A DNA stretch of 64,000 bases. It comes from Camelus dromedarius. Taxonomy: Eukaryota. This document shows, in pieces, positions 36,201 through 48,849 of the stretch. The position numbers were made by a program, and so were the translations under genes. Location: assembly GCF_036321535.1 (NCBI RefSeq), contig NC_087472.1, positions 98,396,001 through 98,460,000 on the forward strand, in the 5' to 3' direction. Each line of letters opens with the position of its first letter. The stretch's first letter is position 1. The notes under the pieces were generated by a model. That model was not told the DNA's origin. It did no database searches and was given only the letters and a program-made list of their open reading frames with translations.

Positions 36201-38834
36201 CGACTGGGTGTTGCCCTGGTTCAGTGAGGATATATTCAAGATGGGATTCCAGAGGGAAAGGGGATTCTCCCCTTGGGCTTCAGATGCCTGCCGATGAGCT
36301 GCAAGGCAAAAGCCGGTCTGTACTCTGAAATCAAATATTCAAATCTGATCGAGTTGGGCACATCTCGACAAATAGAATGACGGCTCTAGGCTTCTCTGCA
36401 AACTCTTCCTGCTCCTTAATATTGCTCACGGATCTATGGTGCAGTAGACAAGACGGGGTCCTGGAGGAATTTCTGTTCAGAAGCATTTTGGAATGCACCA
36501 GTGTTCAATCCGCCCACCCACACAAGCCACTCTGCCTTATAGCTAATGGTAGGCTTTGGGTCAAAAAACCCCCTAAAAAACAAAAAACGACCAAAACAAA
36601 AACAGGGAAGGTTTTGAGGTTTATTTATAGCTTTGTTTTGCTTTGTTTTATACTGTGTCTCCTGGCTCCAGCCACACACAGAAAGATTCTTGGGCCGAGG
36701 CAATTCTCACCCTCCCTCACCCACTTTCAGGGGGCTGGACACCCACCAGGGCATGGACATTTCTGCTCAGTATTGGAAATCAGACCGTTGCCTAGTGTTC
36801 TAAAATCATCTGGGTGAATCCAACTTTATTATAATTCCTTTAAAATGACATGTTGCATTTGTTTAAATTTGCAGGCAAGGAAACAGGCATAGTTGTCTCT
36901 AGTGATTACTAATAATTGTGCATAAACCAAGATTCCTTAAACACCTAAAAAAAAAACCCACCCCAAACTTATTATTTTCCAAATCTTGACGTCATTGCCA
37001 GGCATCATGGTTGTGATGATGATGGCTAAGGATGGGGAGGGTGGCAAACACACACACACACAAACAGGGTGGGGAATTCAGAAGGAGGAAAGAGCCGGAG
37101 AGATGTCCTTTAAGGAGAGACCCACTGGGTTCCAAACTCTGTAGTTAGATCCTCATTGACTGTTGGGACTCCACCCCATAGACAACATCTGGATCCCACT
37201 TTCCTCATTGCTTGGTTATTTCCCTAGACTTCTCCCAATGTATTTTCTTCACCAGTTTGGGAAAGGAAGTCCCCTCTCTGTGTAGCTCTGGAATCTTCCC
37301 ATCTGGATAGCTGGACTTTGGCTGCAGATTCTCTACCAAAATGACTGCGGCATTAATCTCCTTGGAGAGCAGACTTCCACCCGAGGCTTTACCAATATCT
37401 GCCACCCTGGAGTCCTTCATTCCATTTGGCCCTGGATCTAAACAATAATGCCTATTGCTGGCTGGAAAATAAACCGTGGGAACTGGCATGTTTGTCAATG
37501 AGAGGTCATCAGGAACAGCACAGGCAATGGCCTACTGTATCCCCAGACCTTTCGTTTAGAGGCCGAATGGAGGCAATGATCTCTAACAGATGCACCATTA
37601 GGCAAGACCTACATCTGAAAGCTTTGTTGATTCAGACACTCAGTAATTAAGTTGTGGGCCAGCGAGCACATTATCTGCAATCAAATATGTCCCCGATCAC
37701 CGATTAGACGGGCAAACATGTGACCTCATTGTCTCCGCCAAAGGATGATTATGTAACAGTCTCTCGTCCTCGGACAGCATGGTGATTTGCCAACTTTTGA
37801 TCCCAGTAAATAAGCTGAAATCACTTGCTGTGGTTCTGGGAATCAGATTTTTAGAACAACTGACTGTTCCTCCGGAGGCTCAGTGCATTCAACCTGATTA
37901 TTGCCATACTGGGAATTCTAGTGACCCAGACCCAAGGTCAGTGGGTCCAAGAGAGGAGGGAGCAGTGAAGAATGGCTCAGGGGTGGCCTGGTGTCATATG
38001 AATTTACCCAAGGAGGAAATGAGAGAGGGAGAAGGGAGGAAGGGAGATAAGGAGACAGTGCCTTTGCTCTAGAGCCGAGGTCACCAAAGAAAATTCCATG
38101 GCTTCTCTGCAGTCTGGCTGAGCAGGGGAAGCCTATCTGTTTTCATGCACAATTGAACACTCATCATCTATTTTCTTCTGAAGGGTAAGGAGGATGTGCT
38201 AGAGAGCTTCTAAGAGCATGTGGCAAAGCCAAGTGAGGACTAAAAGATAATCTGGCTTGGGGTGACCTGAGACCTCTAAATGTCACATAGTCTCAAACAC
38301 ACATGTGACCTGGAATTGCCCTGGGGTGACTCAGGCACCAGCCCTTTCTTAATCCCTTATTTGCTCTCCTTACTCCAGTGAGATTAACACAGCCCCAGCC
38401 CCGTGGGGCAGCTTTGAGCCGCCCTCCCTTCTGCTTTTCGCTTTCAGGGGCCAGCACCATGGTTCTGCACAGTTAAGAGCTTGGTTCCTGGACTCAGACA
38501 GATCTGCATTTAAACTCTGGATGTTCCATTAGAAAGAGTAACAATCACTTAAAAATCTGCATGTTTTCAAAACCAAACCTACAGCCAAATACGCGATGAA
38601 CCTCGATCCAGTACAGGGCCAGACACTGCTGGAGGAAACAATACTGCATTCAGTGTCCATTCACTCACACACTTTCAAAATAGAGTTTTGATGAGTACGT
38701 TTGAGGGCCACATTGCAGGTTGTATTTGATGAGTATATGGAGAGGGTAAATTATAGAGAAAAATTACCAAAAATAATTTAAAATGAATCTATGTATCTCA
38801 TGATTTAAGTCATGCTTCAAATCACTGTGATTTA

Positions 38835-38967
38835 TTTTTTTTAATTTTTTGGGGGGGAAGAGGTAATTAGGTTTTTATTTTTTATTTTTTAGTGGAGGTG
38901 CTGGAGATTGAACCTAGAACCTTGTGCATGCAAGACAGGCAGTCTACCACTAGGCTATACCCTCCCC
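38835..38967 (-). mobile_element. tRNA-derived camelid SINE (vic-1-like), second copy
   Basis: gaggtaattaggttttt...ggaggtgctggagattgaacctagaaccttgtgcatgc...ctaccactaggctataccctcccc. A degenerate TSD is present: atcactgtgattta (38821-38834) / accatcgtgattta (38968-38981). Confidence 0.85.
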
Positions 38968-39060
38968 ACCATCGTGATTTAATTTAAATCCCCCACAATC
39001 CAGATTCTTCCAGGGTACTAAGCACATCAACAAGGATTTTTTTTCTTTTAGGTTTGCTTC

Positions 39061-39510
39061 TGTCTTCATTTCTTTCCCCAGCAGCAGACTCTGAGACAAG
39101 GATTTAAGTAAAGGTAGCTTGTCTCGGCAGGGAAGGAAACACCAGCAGGGGCTGGGCAGATGAGATAAGGCAGGGGAGGCAGTTGAAGAGGGAGGCTGTG
39201 AAGTCACTTATAACTATGAGTAACTGGAGCTTAATCCTGCAGGGGAAGCTCTGGGAGTCTGAAGAGAACATGCACCCCAGTGTGATCCCAGCTTGAGCGA
39301 GGGAGTCAGGGTATTTATGCACCAGCTCGCATCCATCACTGACGGTGGGCTGCCTACTGCACCAGCAGGCAAAGTGCACATTGCCGGTCAGGGAAAGAGC
39401 CCCACAAAGGAATGTGGTGTGTGGCAGGCTGGAAACTGGGTCATGTGCTGAAATGTGGGAGCCAAGAGGATATTGGTGAGGCAAAGGGCCTATTATGGCT
39501 TCTATGTACA
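39061..39510 (-). mobile_element. ERVL solo LTR (LTR33-like)
   Basis: tgtc...cccagcagcagactctgagacaaggattt...taactggagcttaatcctgcaggggaagctctgggag. Confidence 0.7.
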
Positions 39511-40569
39511 AATGGCAAAAAAATTAAATAAAATTCTTATTGTAGAACACAGACACATTTTCTGCTGAAGATGTGCCTGGCTAAATATACATCATTACTT
39601 TAATTCAGGAAGTGAAGCATTCCTGGCATTCTCCTGCTACAAATGAGGGGTAGAACATCTGCTGGATAGGGAAGTGGCATCTTTGTTTTTTCGAAAAGGA
39701 TAACCATTTTGAGACAATAATGATGATGAAAATACATTAAGAACTAGAAATTCTACAGGACATCCTAAGTCAACTTCACAAATAACCCCACCCCCGCATA
39801 TTTTCCAAACTACATTTTCATCATAATGATATAGAGATAAAGCCAGAGGGACATCTATCTATCTCTAGTAGATAAATATCGATCTATATAAATATATAAA
39901 TAAAGATAATATTACACAATGAATGATACTTGGGTCTCCATATACAATTAACATACCAGATTACTAACACCAAGGGCTTGTTTTATTTTTAAAATAGATG
40001 TGTCCCTAGAAAAACAGTTGATCAGACCCAGATTTCTCTTTTCTGTAAAAGTAGCATGTTTTCATCTATTAGGATTTTTTGAAAGGTCCAATAAAATATC
40101 CTCATGGTTAAACCCCATGGCCCCAAAGCCCCTAGACTGTCAGTCTTGTTTATGTAAGCCGCTGCAAAGCTGTACACGACTTGGGGCTTTAGTATCAGTT
40201 CAATAAGAAAGCGTCCTTGAATAAATTGATAAAAAGAGCAAAAGAGAAAGAGGACTCGAACATAATGTGTAATCGATATCAATGATTTGGTAGCCTGCTA
40301 GGCTCTGCAGTAAAAATGGCAAATGAGGTAATAGCATCAAGAAGGAACAGGAAATGAAAGCACCAGCAATGGAAATGTGGTTGAGTACAACGTTCTGTGA
40401 TGTCCTGAGATGCCCTGAGGCTCTAGAGTGGCAACCAAGTCTCTTCGCTTGAGTGGCTTCCCTGCTGCCGTGATTTGGGGGTGATGGGAGCACAGAAAAG
40501 GGCACAGGCCATTTCAGCACAGTAAAGTGCAAAAATGTCTTCAAAGTGACAGCGAGTGCTAGATGCCCA

Positions 40570-40977
40570 CCGATACTCATTCTCCCTCCTCTTCCTCAGT
40601 AATCAAGCCTCTAAATTGTAACTGGCTGCACAGCTCCTCCTCTTGCAGCCTACAGTGGCCCTATGACTGAATTCTGGCTAAGGGTCATTAGGCAAAAGCA
40701 GTGTTTATAATTCATGGTAAGTGTCCCTGAAGAGAAGTCAGTTACTTTTTTCCTTCCACTTTTCCTTTTTGCTTCTAGCTCCAATGCAGATGTAATGGTT
40801 GGAGCAGCAGTGGCCGTCTTGGACCATGAGGTAAAAGCTGTGTGTTGTTAGGCACCTCAGTCCATAGAGCCCCCATAGTAGGCTTCAGCTGCCTACATTT
40901 CTGAGGGAAGAACACAACACTACTTCCTTGTTCTTTGTGTTTTTGTTACTCATAGTTGAACTTTGTTTCAACTAATA
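40570..40977 (+). mobile_element. MaLR LTR (MLT1J-like)
   Basis: tcctcttgcagcctacagtggccctatgactgaattctggc...gatgtaatggttggagcagcagtggccgtcttggaccatgagg. Confidence 0.6.
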
Positions 40978-42119
40978 GCTATTCTTCCAGGGACATGAAT
41001 ATGGGATCCTGTGAGTTATCTGCTGGAAGAGATTTTCCTTTCTGACCAGCAACTGTATCCAGTTCTTATTTTTAGAGTTAGGTGCAGTTATTCAGAGTCT
41101 CTCCTTGCCTCCACACACAGAAAGGATAGAGCCTTGCCTCCTCGGAGAGTTAGAGCACTGGCACGTGCATGGAGGCAGGCCACGGGAGTAAGGAAAAAAG
41201 AGGAGTCAACAGTTTAGAATTTATTTAGAATTCATTCCAGATTGATGGAGGTGGCCTGCCCAGTCTAATGGCAGCAATGCCTGAGGCAAGGCTCAGTACT
41301 GGGCAGAGGTACACTGGTGTTCTAACCCAACTTTTCTATGGCATGTTTTTCTGTCATACTCGCCTCTTTCTCTCACTGTCTTTCCAAGCCTGTTTCTCCA
41401 GCACTCCCGCTGAAAATGTGAATTATCCAATATCCTTCCAGTGATGAGTCCATCTCTACTGCTTATGATCATAAACCTTGACTCACACAGAAATGGATAT
41501 CTGAGCGTGTGTTTCAACAAATAGCCTTAGGAAATGGGGATTATCTAAAATGAGTTACTTATCCTAGTTGGGTCTGAAGGCAGTATTAAGGGGTGGGCCT
41601 GTGGCAGCCACTGGCAAACCAGCAAATTAATCATTTAGGGTCACAGTAACCTGAAATAACATACTCATGGAGGACTTGCTCCCCCTTGGACTGCCACATC
41701 TCCACTGGCAGCATCAAGAGTAAAAAGCCTCACTCTTGAGGTGGAATCATTTCTCTCCTGACAGAGAACAGGCAAGCAGCTCTAGGCCCCCATCTCTCCC
41801 ACCCTCCCGTGACACACACCCCTTCACCATCATCTGCCTAAGACCACCAGGACTAAACACATCGCATCCTAAATCCCTCCATTCTTCACAAGAAGCCCAG
41901 ACAACCACATCACACTCATTTTCTGAGCTCCAATCCTGCCTGGCTCTGCATATCCCCTATTCACATCCCATCCTCCAGCTTCCCCCAATTCCTTTGAGGT
42001 GCCCTCTGTAACCCACAGTTGATAATCCACAGAACCCCCTGTCTTCAGTCTCTTTTCTGATGACCCCTGAGGACAGGGTCCCCTAATATCGGGCATGTGC
42101 TACCAGCAAGCTTTTGCTT

Positions 42120-43136
42120 TCAACAAAGTGGAAAAACCTATGAGCTGGGAGCTGACACATTACTAAAAATAATTTTTGTTGATAGATCACCATGTAACAT
42201 TCAGCACATACTTGGAAAGAGTTCCACAAATTGAGTGACATTGGTACGGCAAAATCCCTTCATTCCTGTATACTTATTTATGTGAGCAAGACTTCAGAAC
42301 TCACATCTATAACAGTGAAAAAATAGGAATACCTTGTTGAATTGTTGCTGAACCCTGCCTCAGTCTAGCAGTAAGTCACATTCATCCATGGATATATGAA
42401 CTCGTTTTTTTAAAATCAGCTACTTCCATATTACTAAGAAATTCCATTTCAATTTAATTTTGTTTCCATGTTTTATGATTATCAACATTTATATTTCTGT
42501 TGTCTTGGTAAATTGTTTTGGTCAATTATTACAAATAATAATTGCAATAATAATTGAGAATATTTTTAACACTTAGAAATTAAAATTTAAAATTCCAGTT
42601 GAGATTATATATATATGTGTGTATATATATACACACATACATATAAGCACAAAAATTTGAGGAAATAATTCTTCCATATTTCAAAACTTATCTAATTCAG
42701 TAAAGCAGTCATTGTCACTGATGAACGAAAGACGTTCCATTATGTATCTTCATTTTTTTGCTTTCATCTTACTTATTAATGCAAACAGAATTATCAGTCA
42801 ATATCCATGTGAGAACTACACTCATTAGTTAATGACTCAAGCAACTTCCTGACTGAATTGGATAGTACCCAAGCCTTTATTTGTACTCTGGTTTTGTCAA
42901 ATCATGGTTGAAATGTGACCACAGGTTAGTAAAACAAACAATAAACAACAACACAACCTCCTCTCAAAAAACCCAACCTTTGAAAAAAATCAATTGCCTA
43001 TGTAGAATTTATAATAAAGAGCATCATCTATTTTATTATTATTTGTAAAGTATGTGCTAAACTTCCTTTATGTAAGTGAAATTTGTAATGAATTTTTTTT
43101 TCAGAGAGCTGCTTAAACCCTACCAGCATACCACTG
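42120..43136. mobile_element. hAT-Charlie (Charlie7-like) transposon relic
   Basis: The + frame at 42272-42295 encodes TYLCEQDF, resembling the hAT C-terminal dimerisation motif. The right terminus ...taccagcataccactg is a hAT-type CAGTGG end. Confidence 0.6.
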
Positions 43137-44584
43137 CCGCCAGCCCAGGTGGGGCTGAAGATAATGGGGCCATGAAGGAGTGATGGAGGAAGGAAGTCGT
43201 AAATACCTCATCATACGGGGCAGAAACAAGGACCATAGCCTCTACCCAGATTCTCTTCCTCACTGTGCCGTGTATTTACACATTCTAAGTGATCGTCCTT
43301 TCTTTCCTTTTCCTTTACTTCACTATTGCACACAGAGTGTGTTGGTGGTTGAGAAGGGATTATGACACATAGGTATCCCTCAGATGACCTGGGTGAGGGC
43401 TAGAAGAAGTAATTGATGAATTAGGTTTGTAGGGTTTTTTTTTTTGGAAATAGAGTAGGTTGCATTATTTGAAGTGGAAGCATTTAAAGACTCTCGAGAA
43501 GATGAGTCTTCTGGAGTACTGGACAGCCAGAGGGGTGGAGAGCTCTGTCCACCATGCATACTTTTCTCTGGGGAATTGGCCCACAGTTTAATCTTGGAGG
43601 GAAGAATAGTCATGCCTCCTACTGAGGAGACTAAAATATGTGCTTTTCCTGACCCTTGATGGCTGGAAACTTTTTTGCGTGTTATCTAAGCTGAGAAAAA
43701 TTCAATCATTCCACTTGGGGTTTTGGATCTGGAGATAACAGGCAACAGTTTAGAACTCTGCAGCTGTAGCCACAGTAGCCAGCCTCCAGAGCGACAGTCA
43801 GTGGGGTGTGGGGCAACACTGGCGGTTCAGAGGTGGCTCCTTTACTGACTCTTCCTATGATGTAATTTTAGTAGTGGATCCAACTGCTTGGCTCCCTTTG
43901 TTTAACTGCACATTTTCAGAGCCAATTCTCTAGACCTTCCTGTTAATTCTGTGAGCTAGTCAATAAATTTTTGCAGTAAATGCATTTTCTGCTTAAGGTA
44001 GGTAGAGTTGGTTTCTATTGTTGGAGTTCATAAAAAATGCCCAGAAGGAAGCCTTTTAAAGGATCATGCCACGATTCTAAAATGCAGGCATTTCCTAGTG
44101 AGATCTCTGGTTAGAAATCTGTTGCTGGGAAATTGAGAAGAGCATACAGGCTATGGATGTGCCTGGTTGTTTAGCATAACACCCATGGGAAACAACCAAG
44201 ATAAATGGCTCAAAAGTCCTGACTGTTCTCATAGGTCTGTTATAGGAGAAAACTGTCTTGATGATAGTTAAACCTTTTTTCCAAATATGCATTTTGTCTT
44301 GAACCTTTTTTTGCAAAAGTCATAGCTCTGTGTCATCTTTTAACAACATGGCTGGCCAGGCATAATTATTTCTGACGCCTATCAGCATTTCCCTTTATTG
44401 TGTTTAGGAACTTTGTAGAAAGGAACATCATCTAATTTGTCACCATCACAACTCATCTTTGGCAAGTCAACTGTCAGGCTAAATATTCCAGGAGTAAACT
44501 CACCACCAAAACTTGCCAGGTTTCTCATCTCTCAACTTGCGGTTTGTGTTAAACAATTTTAGCGACATTGACTCTGATTGTCGG

Positions 44585-44966
44585 CTGGCCTGAATTCTTT
44601 CCAGGAGCCTCTGGAGAAGAATCCACTTCCAGTAGTATTCAGGTTGTTGGAAGCATCCAGTTTCTTGCAGTTACAGGGTTGAGGCCCCCATATCCTTGCT
44701 GGTAGTCACCCAACAACCTCTCTTATTGTTTATTCCAGTGACGGTGCAGCATCTTTTCTGTCTCCAGCCAGAAAAAGCTTCTCTGCTTTTAAGGAGTCAT
44801 GTGATTTGATTGGACCTACCCAGGTAGTCCAGGATCATCTCCCTGTTTTAAAGACTATAGCCTTCATGGCATCCGCAGAGCCCCTTTGGCCATATAAGAT
44901 AACATACTCACAGGTTCCAGGGATTGGGACATGGAAATTTTTGGGGGGGACATTCTGCTTATCACA
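44585..44966 (-). mobile_element. MaLR LTR fragment (MLT1E-like)
   Basis: ggagaagaatccacttcc...gattggacctacccaggtagtccaggatcatctccc...ataacatactcacaggttccagggatt...atcaca. Confidence 0.7.
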
Positions 44967-44989
44967 GCAATCCCCTGTCAGTCTTGGCC

Positions 44990-45930
44990 AAACAGCCAAA
45001 CAACTCAATCAAAAATGGGCAGAAGACACAAATAGACATTCTTCCAAAGAAGACATACATATATGGCAAATAAGCCCATGAAAAGATGATCATCGTCACT
45101 AATTATCAGAGAGATGCAAATCAAAACCACCATGAGGTATCATCTCACACCAGTCAGAATGACCACTATCAAAAAGTCTACAAGTAATAAATGCTGGGGA
45201 GGGTGTGGAAAAAAAGGAACCCTCCTACCCTGTTGGTGGGAATGTAATTTGGTGCAGTCACTATGGAGGACAGTTTGGAGGTTCCTTAAAAAACTAAAAA
45301 TAGACTTACCATATGATCCAGCAATCCTACTCTTGGGCATATATCCAGAGGGAACTCTAATTTGAAAAGACACATGCAGCACAATGTTCACAGCGGCACT
45401 ATTTACAATAGCCAAGACATGGTAGCAACCTAACTGTCCATGCACAGATGACTGGATAAAGAAGCGGTGGTATATATGTACAATGGAGTACTACTCAGTC
45501 ATAAAAAAGAATGAAATAGTGCCATTTGTAGCAACATGGAGCAATGAAGAATGAAGTCAGTCAGACAGAGAAAGACAAACATACTGTTTCTATGTGGAAT
45601 CTAAAAAAATGATACAAATGAACTTAATTACAGAAACAGACTCACAGACATAGAAAAGAAAATATGGTTACCTAAGGAGAAAGGGCGGGGGGATAAATTA
45701 GGAGTTTGGGATTAACATATACACACTATCATATGTAAAATAGATAACCAACAAGGTCTTTCTATATAGCACAAGGAACTATACTGAATATTTTGTAATA
45801 ACCTATAATGGAAAAGAACCTAAAGAAGCATATGTACATATACATACATATACATATATATACCTGAATCACTTTGCTATACATCTGAAACTAACACAAC
45901 ACTTTAAATCAACTATACTTCAACAACAAA
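44990..45930 (+). mobile_element. 5'-truncated L1 (ORF2 C-terminus plus 3' UTR)
   Basis: ORF 45114-45365 ([16 protein letters not shown]...[39 protein letters not shown]) is the classic L1 ORF2p C-terminal cysteine-rich segment. The 3' UTR ends tcaactatacttcaa plus an A-rich tail. Confidence 0.93.
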
Positions 45931-46717
45931 ACAGATACACACACCCAATGTTCACAGCAGCACCACTTACAATAGCCAAGACTTGCAAACAACCCAAGTG
46001 CCCATCAGCAGACGACTGGCTTAAGGAGATGTGATATATATATTATATATATACACAATTGAGTATTACTCAGGGGGCGGAGGGTGGGTAGGGATAGACG
46101 GGATTTCAAAATTGTAGAATAGGTAAACAAGATTATACTGTATAGCACAGGGAAATATACACAAGATCTTATGGTAGCTCACAGAGAAAAAAATGTGACA
46201 ATGAATATATATATGTTCATGTATAACTGAAAAATTGTGCTCTACACTGGAATTTGACACAACATTGTAAAATGACTATAACTCAATAAAAATGTTAAAA
46301 AAATAAAAAGAATGAAAAAATGTTTCCATTTGCAGCAACAAGGATGGAACTAGGGAATATTACACTTCATGAAGTAAGTCAGATAAACAAAAATGAAGAC
46401 TATATGATATCAGTTATATGTGGAATCTAAAAAATAATACAAATGAATCTATACACAAAACAGACTGACAGACATAGAAAACAAACTTATGGTTACCAAA
46501 GGGGTGAGGGAGGGAGGCAGGATAAGTTAGGAGGACAGGATTAACAGATACACACTATTATATATAAAATAAACAACAAGGATTTACTGTATAGCACAGG
46601 GAACTATATTCAATATCTTGTAATAATCTGTAATGGAATATAACCTGAAAAAACTCAATCACTCTGCTGTACACCAACACAATATTGTAAATCAACTACA
46701 CTTCAATTTAAAAAAAA
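45931..46717 (+). mobile_element. Second 5'-truncated L1 3' end, in tandem with the first
   Basis: cccaatgttcacagcagcac...aatagccaagac...tactcag [insert] ataaaaagaatga...ttgtaaatcaactacacttcaatttaaaaaaaa. Confidence 0.85.
46074..46303 (+). mobile_element. Young lineage-specific L1 3' terminus nested in an older L1
   Basis: Near-identical in layout to 57939-58233 (aacaagattatactgtatagcacagggaaatatacacaagatctt...aaaaattgtgctct...gactataactcaataaa). Confidence 0.82.
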
Positions 46718-46796
46718 GCTCTGGCTATTTGGGTTCCTGAGAGTACGTAGGGGACACTCATCATTTTAATTTACAGATTCCCAGGAAGTTGTATGG

Positions 46797-47078
46797 CGCT
46801 ATGGACTGAATGTTTGTGTTCCCCAAAGTTCATGTGTTGAAGCCCCTAAGCTGCAATGTGATGGTATTATTAGATAACACCCCAGAGCGTCCTTTCCTAG
46901 CCACGTGAGGATACAGCAAGGATCAGTATGCTAGGAAGAGGGCTGTCACCAGGAACCGAACTGGCTGGCACCTTGATCTTGGGACTCCCAGCCTCCAGAA
47001 CTGTGAGAAATAAATGTCTGTTGTTTAAGACACCCAGTGTATGGTATTTTGTTACAGCAGCCTAAGCTGACTAAGACA
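46797..47078 (+). mobile_element. MaLR solo LTR (MLT1A-like) with internal deletion
   Basis: (c)gctatggactgaatgtttgtg...cagcctccagaactgtgagaaataaatg...gactaagaca. 5-bp TSD TATGG (46792-46796) / CATGG (47079-47083). Confidence 0.85.
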
Positions 47079-47442
47079 CATGGGAGCATTTCGTCAGCCA
47101 CATTGTGAAGATAGAACCAATGATCGTTTCTTGCTTAGCTAAAAAAATGAGCATCCTGAACAAAGCTGATGAGAGAAAGAATGAAATGTCCTTGCCTTCT
47201 AAACTTTAGCCCCTTCCTGTCTCCCAGATGACCCTAGAGCACAGTATCACCAGTGAAGGTGGCTGTAATGAAGACCTCAATCCCACGTTTGTCTTTGGAT
47301 GTCTCTTCCCATTGTCTCTATGGAAGTGCTTTTCACTGTAGAGCCTCTGACCATTAGCTCTGCAGGGTTCAGACTTTACTAGATGTCTGGGTACAAAGGG
47401 TGCCTTCTCCACTCTCAGCAATGAGGGGAAAATGCCCTAAGG

Positions 47443-47624
47443 CAGTGCTTCTCCATCGACACTTCACTTTGGAGTCACCCAGAGCACTTTCCAAAAGTGT
47501 CCATGTCCAGGCTCCACACCCAGAGATTCAGGTTCAATTGATTAGAACAAGATCCCTGTATCAATAGTTTAAAAAAAAAACAACCCAGCTGCTTTGCACG
47601 TGCAGCCAGGGTTGAGAAGCACTG
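47443..47624. mobile_element. MER5A1-like hAT MITE
   Basis: Perfect 11-bp terminal inverted repeat CAGTGCTTCTC...GAGAAGCACTG; 8-bp flanks CCCTAAGG / CTCTAAGA. Confidence 0.82.
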
Positions 47625-48190
47625 CTCTAAGACAACAAGCTGCACATTATCCCTGGGTGGCTCTAACAGATGAGTGAATTCCAGCTGTCAGGAACTCTGA
47701 CGTTACCCATGTCAGGAGAACAATAGAAAAGGAATAGTTGTCAAAGCCTGACATGTAGGCAGGGAGCACGAAATGTCTCAACACTTCTGTTAGTCTGCCT
47801 GCAACTCCTCTCTGCTTCTCCAGAGGGAGGCATTAGCTGGAGATAGGAACTCTGATGACGGACTAAGGACGGCCTAGACATAAGTGAGGTAACGAGACAG
47901 GAGCACACTTCATGCAGATAGCACCCCCATGCCATCAGCTGGGAACTGGACAACCCAATTAATGAAGCCAGGCTGACACAATGGAGGATGCACCGACCAC
48001 TGCCTCTGACACCATTTGAGTGTCAAAGTCTGAGTTTGCTTGACCTTGTAAGGACTTAACCGGGGTCACAAATGAAAGAAGCAATTCTCTTGTCACTCCA
48101 CCTACTAAAACAGAATCACTGCCTTCAGGAGTTAAACAGAGAAACGGTGTTGAAAAAGGACAACAATAATAGCTAATATTCTTGAAGCAC

Positions 48191-48772
48191 TAACTGCCAT
48201 AACAATTTACTACAAACTCAGAGACTTAAAACAACAAAAAGTATTATCTTACAGTTTTGTAGATCAGGAGTCTGGCAAAGGTATCACCAGCTTAAAATCA
48301 AGGTGTTGGCAGGGCTGGGTTCCTTTCCAGAAGCTCTCGGGAAGAAACTGCTTGGAGCTCACTGAAGCTGGACACAGAATTCAATTCGTGAGGGTTGTAG
48401 GACCAAGGGCCCCGTTTCCTCCCTGGCTGTGGTTGAGGGCGGTTGCCAGCTCCTAGAGGCTGCCCACAACCCTACACTCATGGCCCCCTTCCTCCATCTC
48501 CAAGGCCACGAACGGTGGGCCAAGTCCTTCTACACTCTCTCTGTTGCTGCTTCCATCATCGTCTCTGACTCCACTCTTGCCGCCCCCTTCCACGTGTGAG
48601 GGCCCGTGTGACTACATCAGGCCCAGCTGGGAATCCAGGAGGCTCGCCCTATCTAACGGCCACAACCTTAATTCCTTCTGCAATGTTCCTTTGGCCACTT
48701 AAAGTAATGGGATTGGACAGGCTGCAGGGATTAGAACACTGACAGTTGGGGGCCACTGTTCTGCCTACCACA
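48191..48772 (-). mobile_element. MaLR LTR (MLT1D/E-like)
   Basis: ctgccataacaatttactacaaac...cttaaaacaaca...aaaatcaaggtgttggcagggctg...ttctgcctaccaca. Confidence 0.8.
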
Positions 48773-48849
48773 CAACTCACTAGGTTTTTCTCCAACCCCT
48801 GTGGTAAGGGGTCATTTTCATTCATTTAGCCCAGTTGTTCTTCCACTAA

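Noticed and set aside
45114..45445. Protein-like ORFs on both strands
   Set aside because: They are an L1 ORF2 C-terminal relic and its antisense frame, not a host gene.
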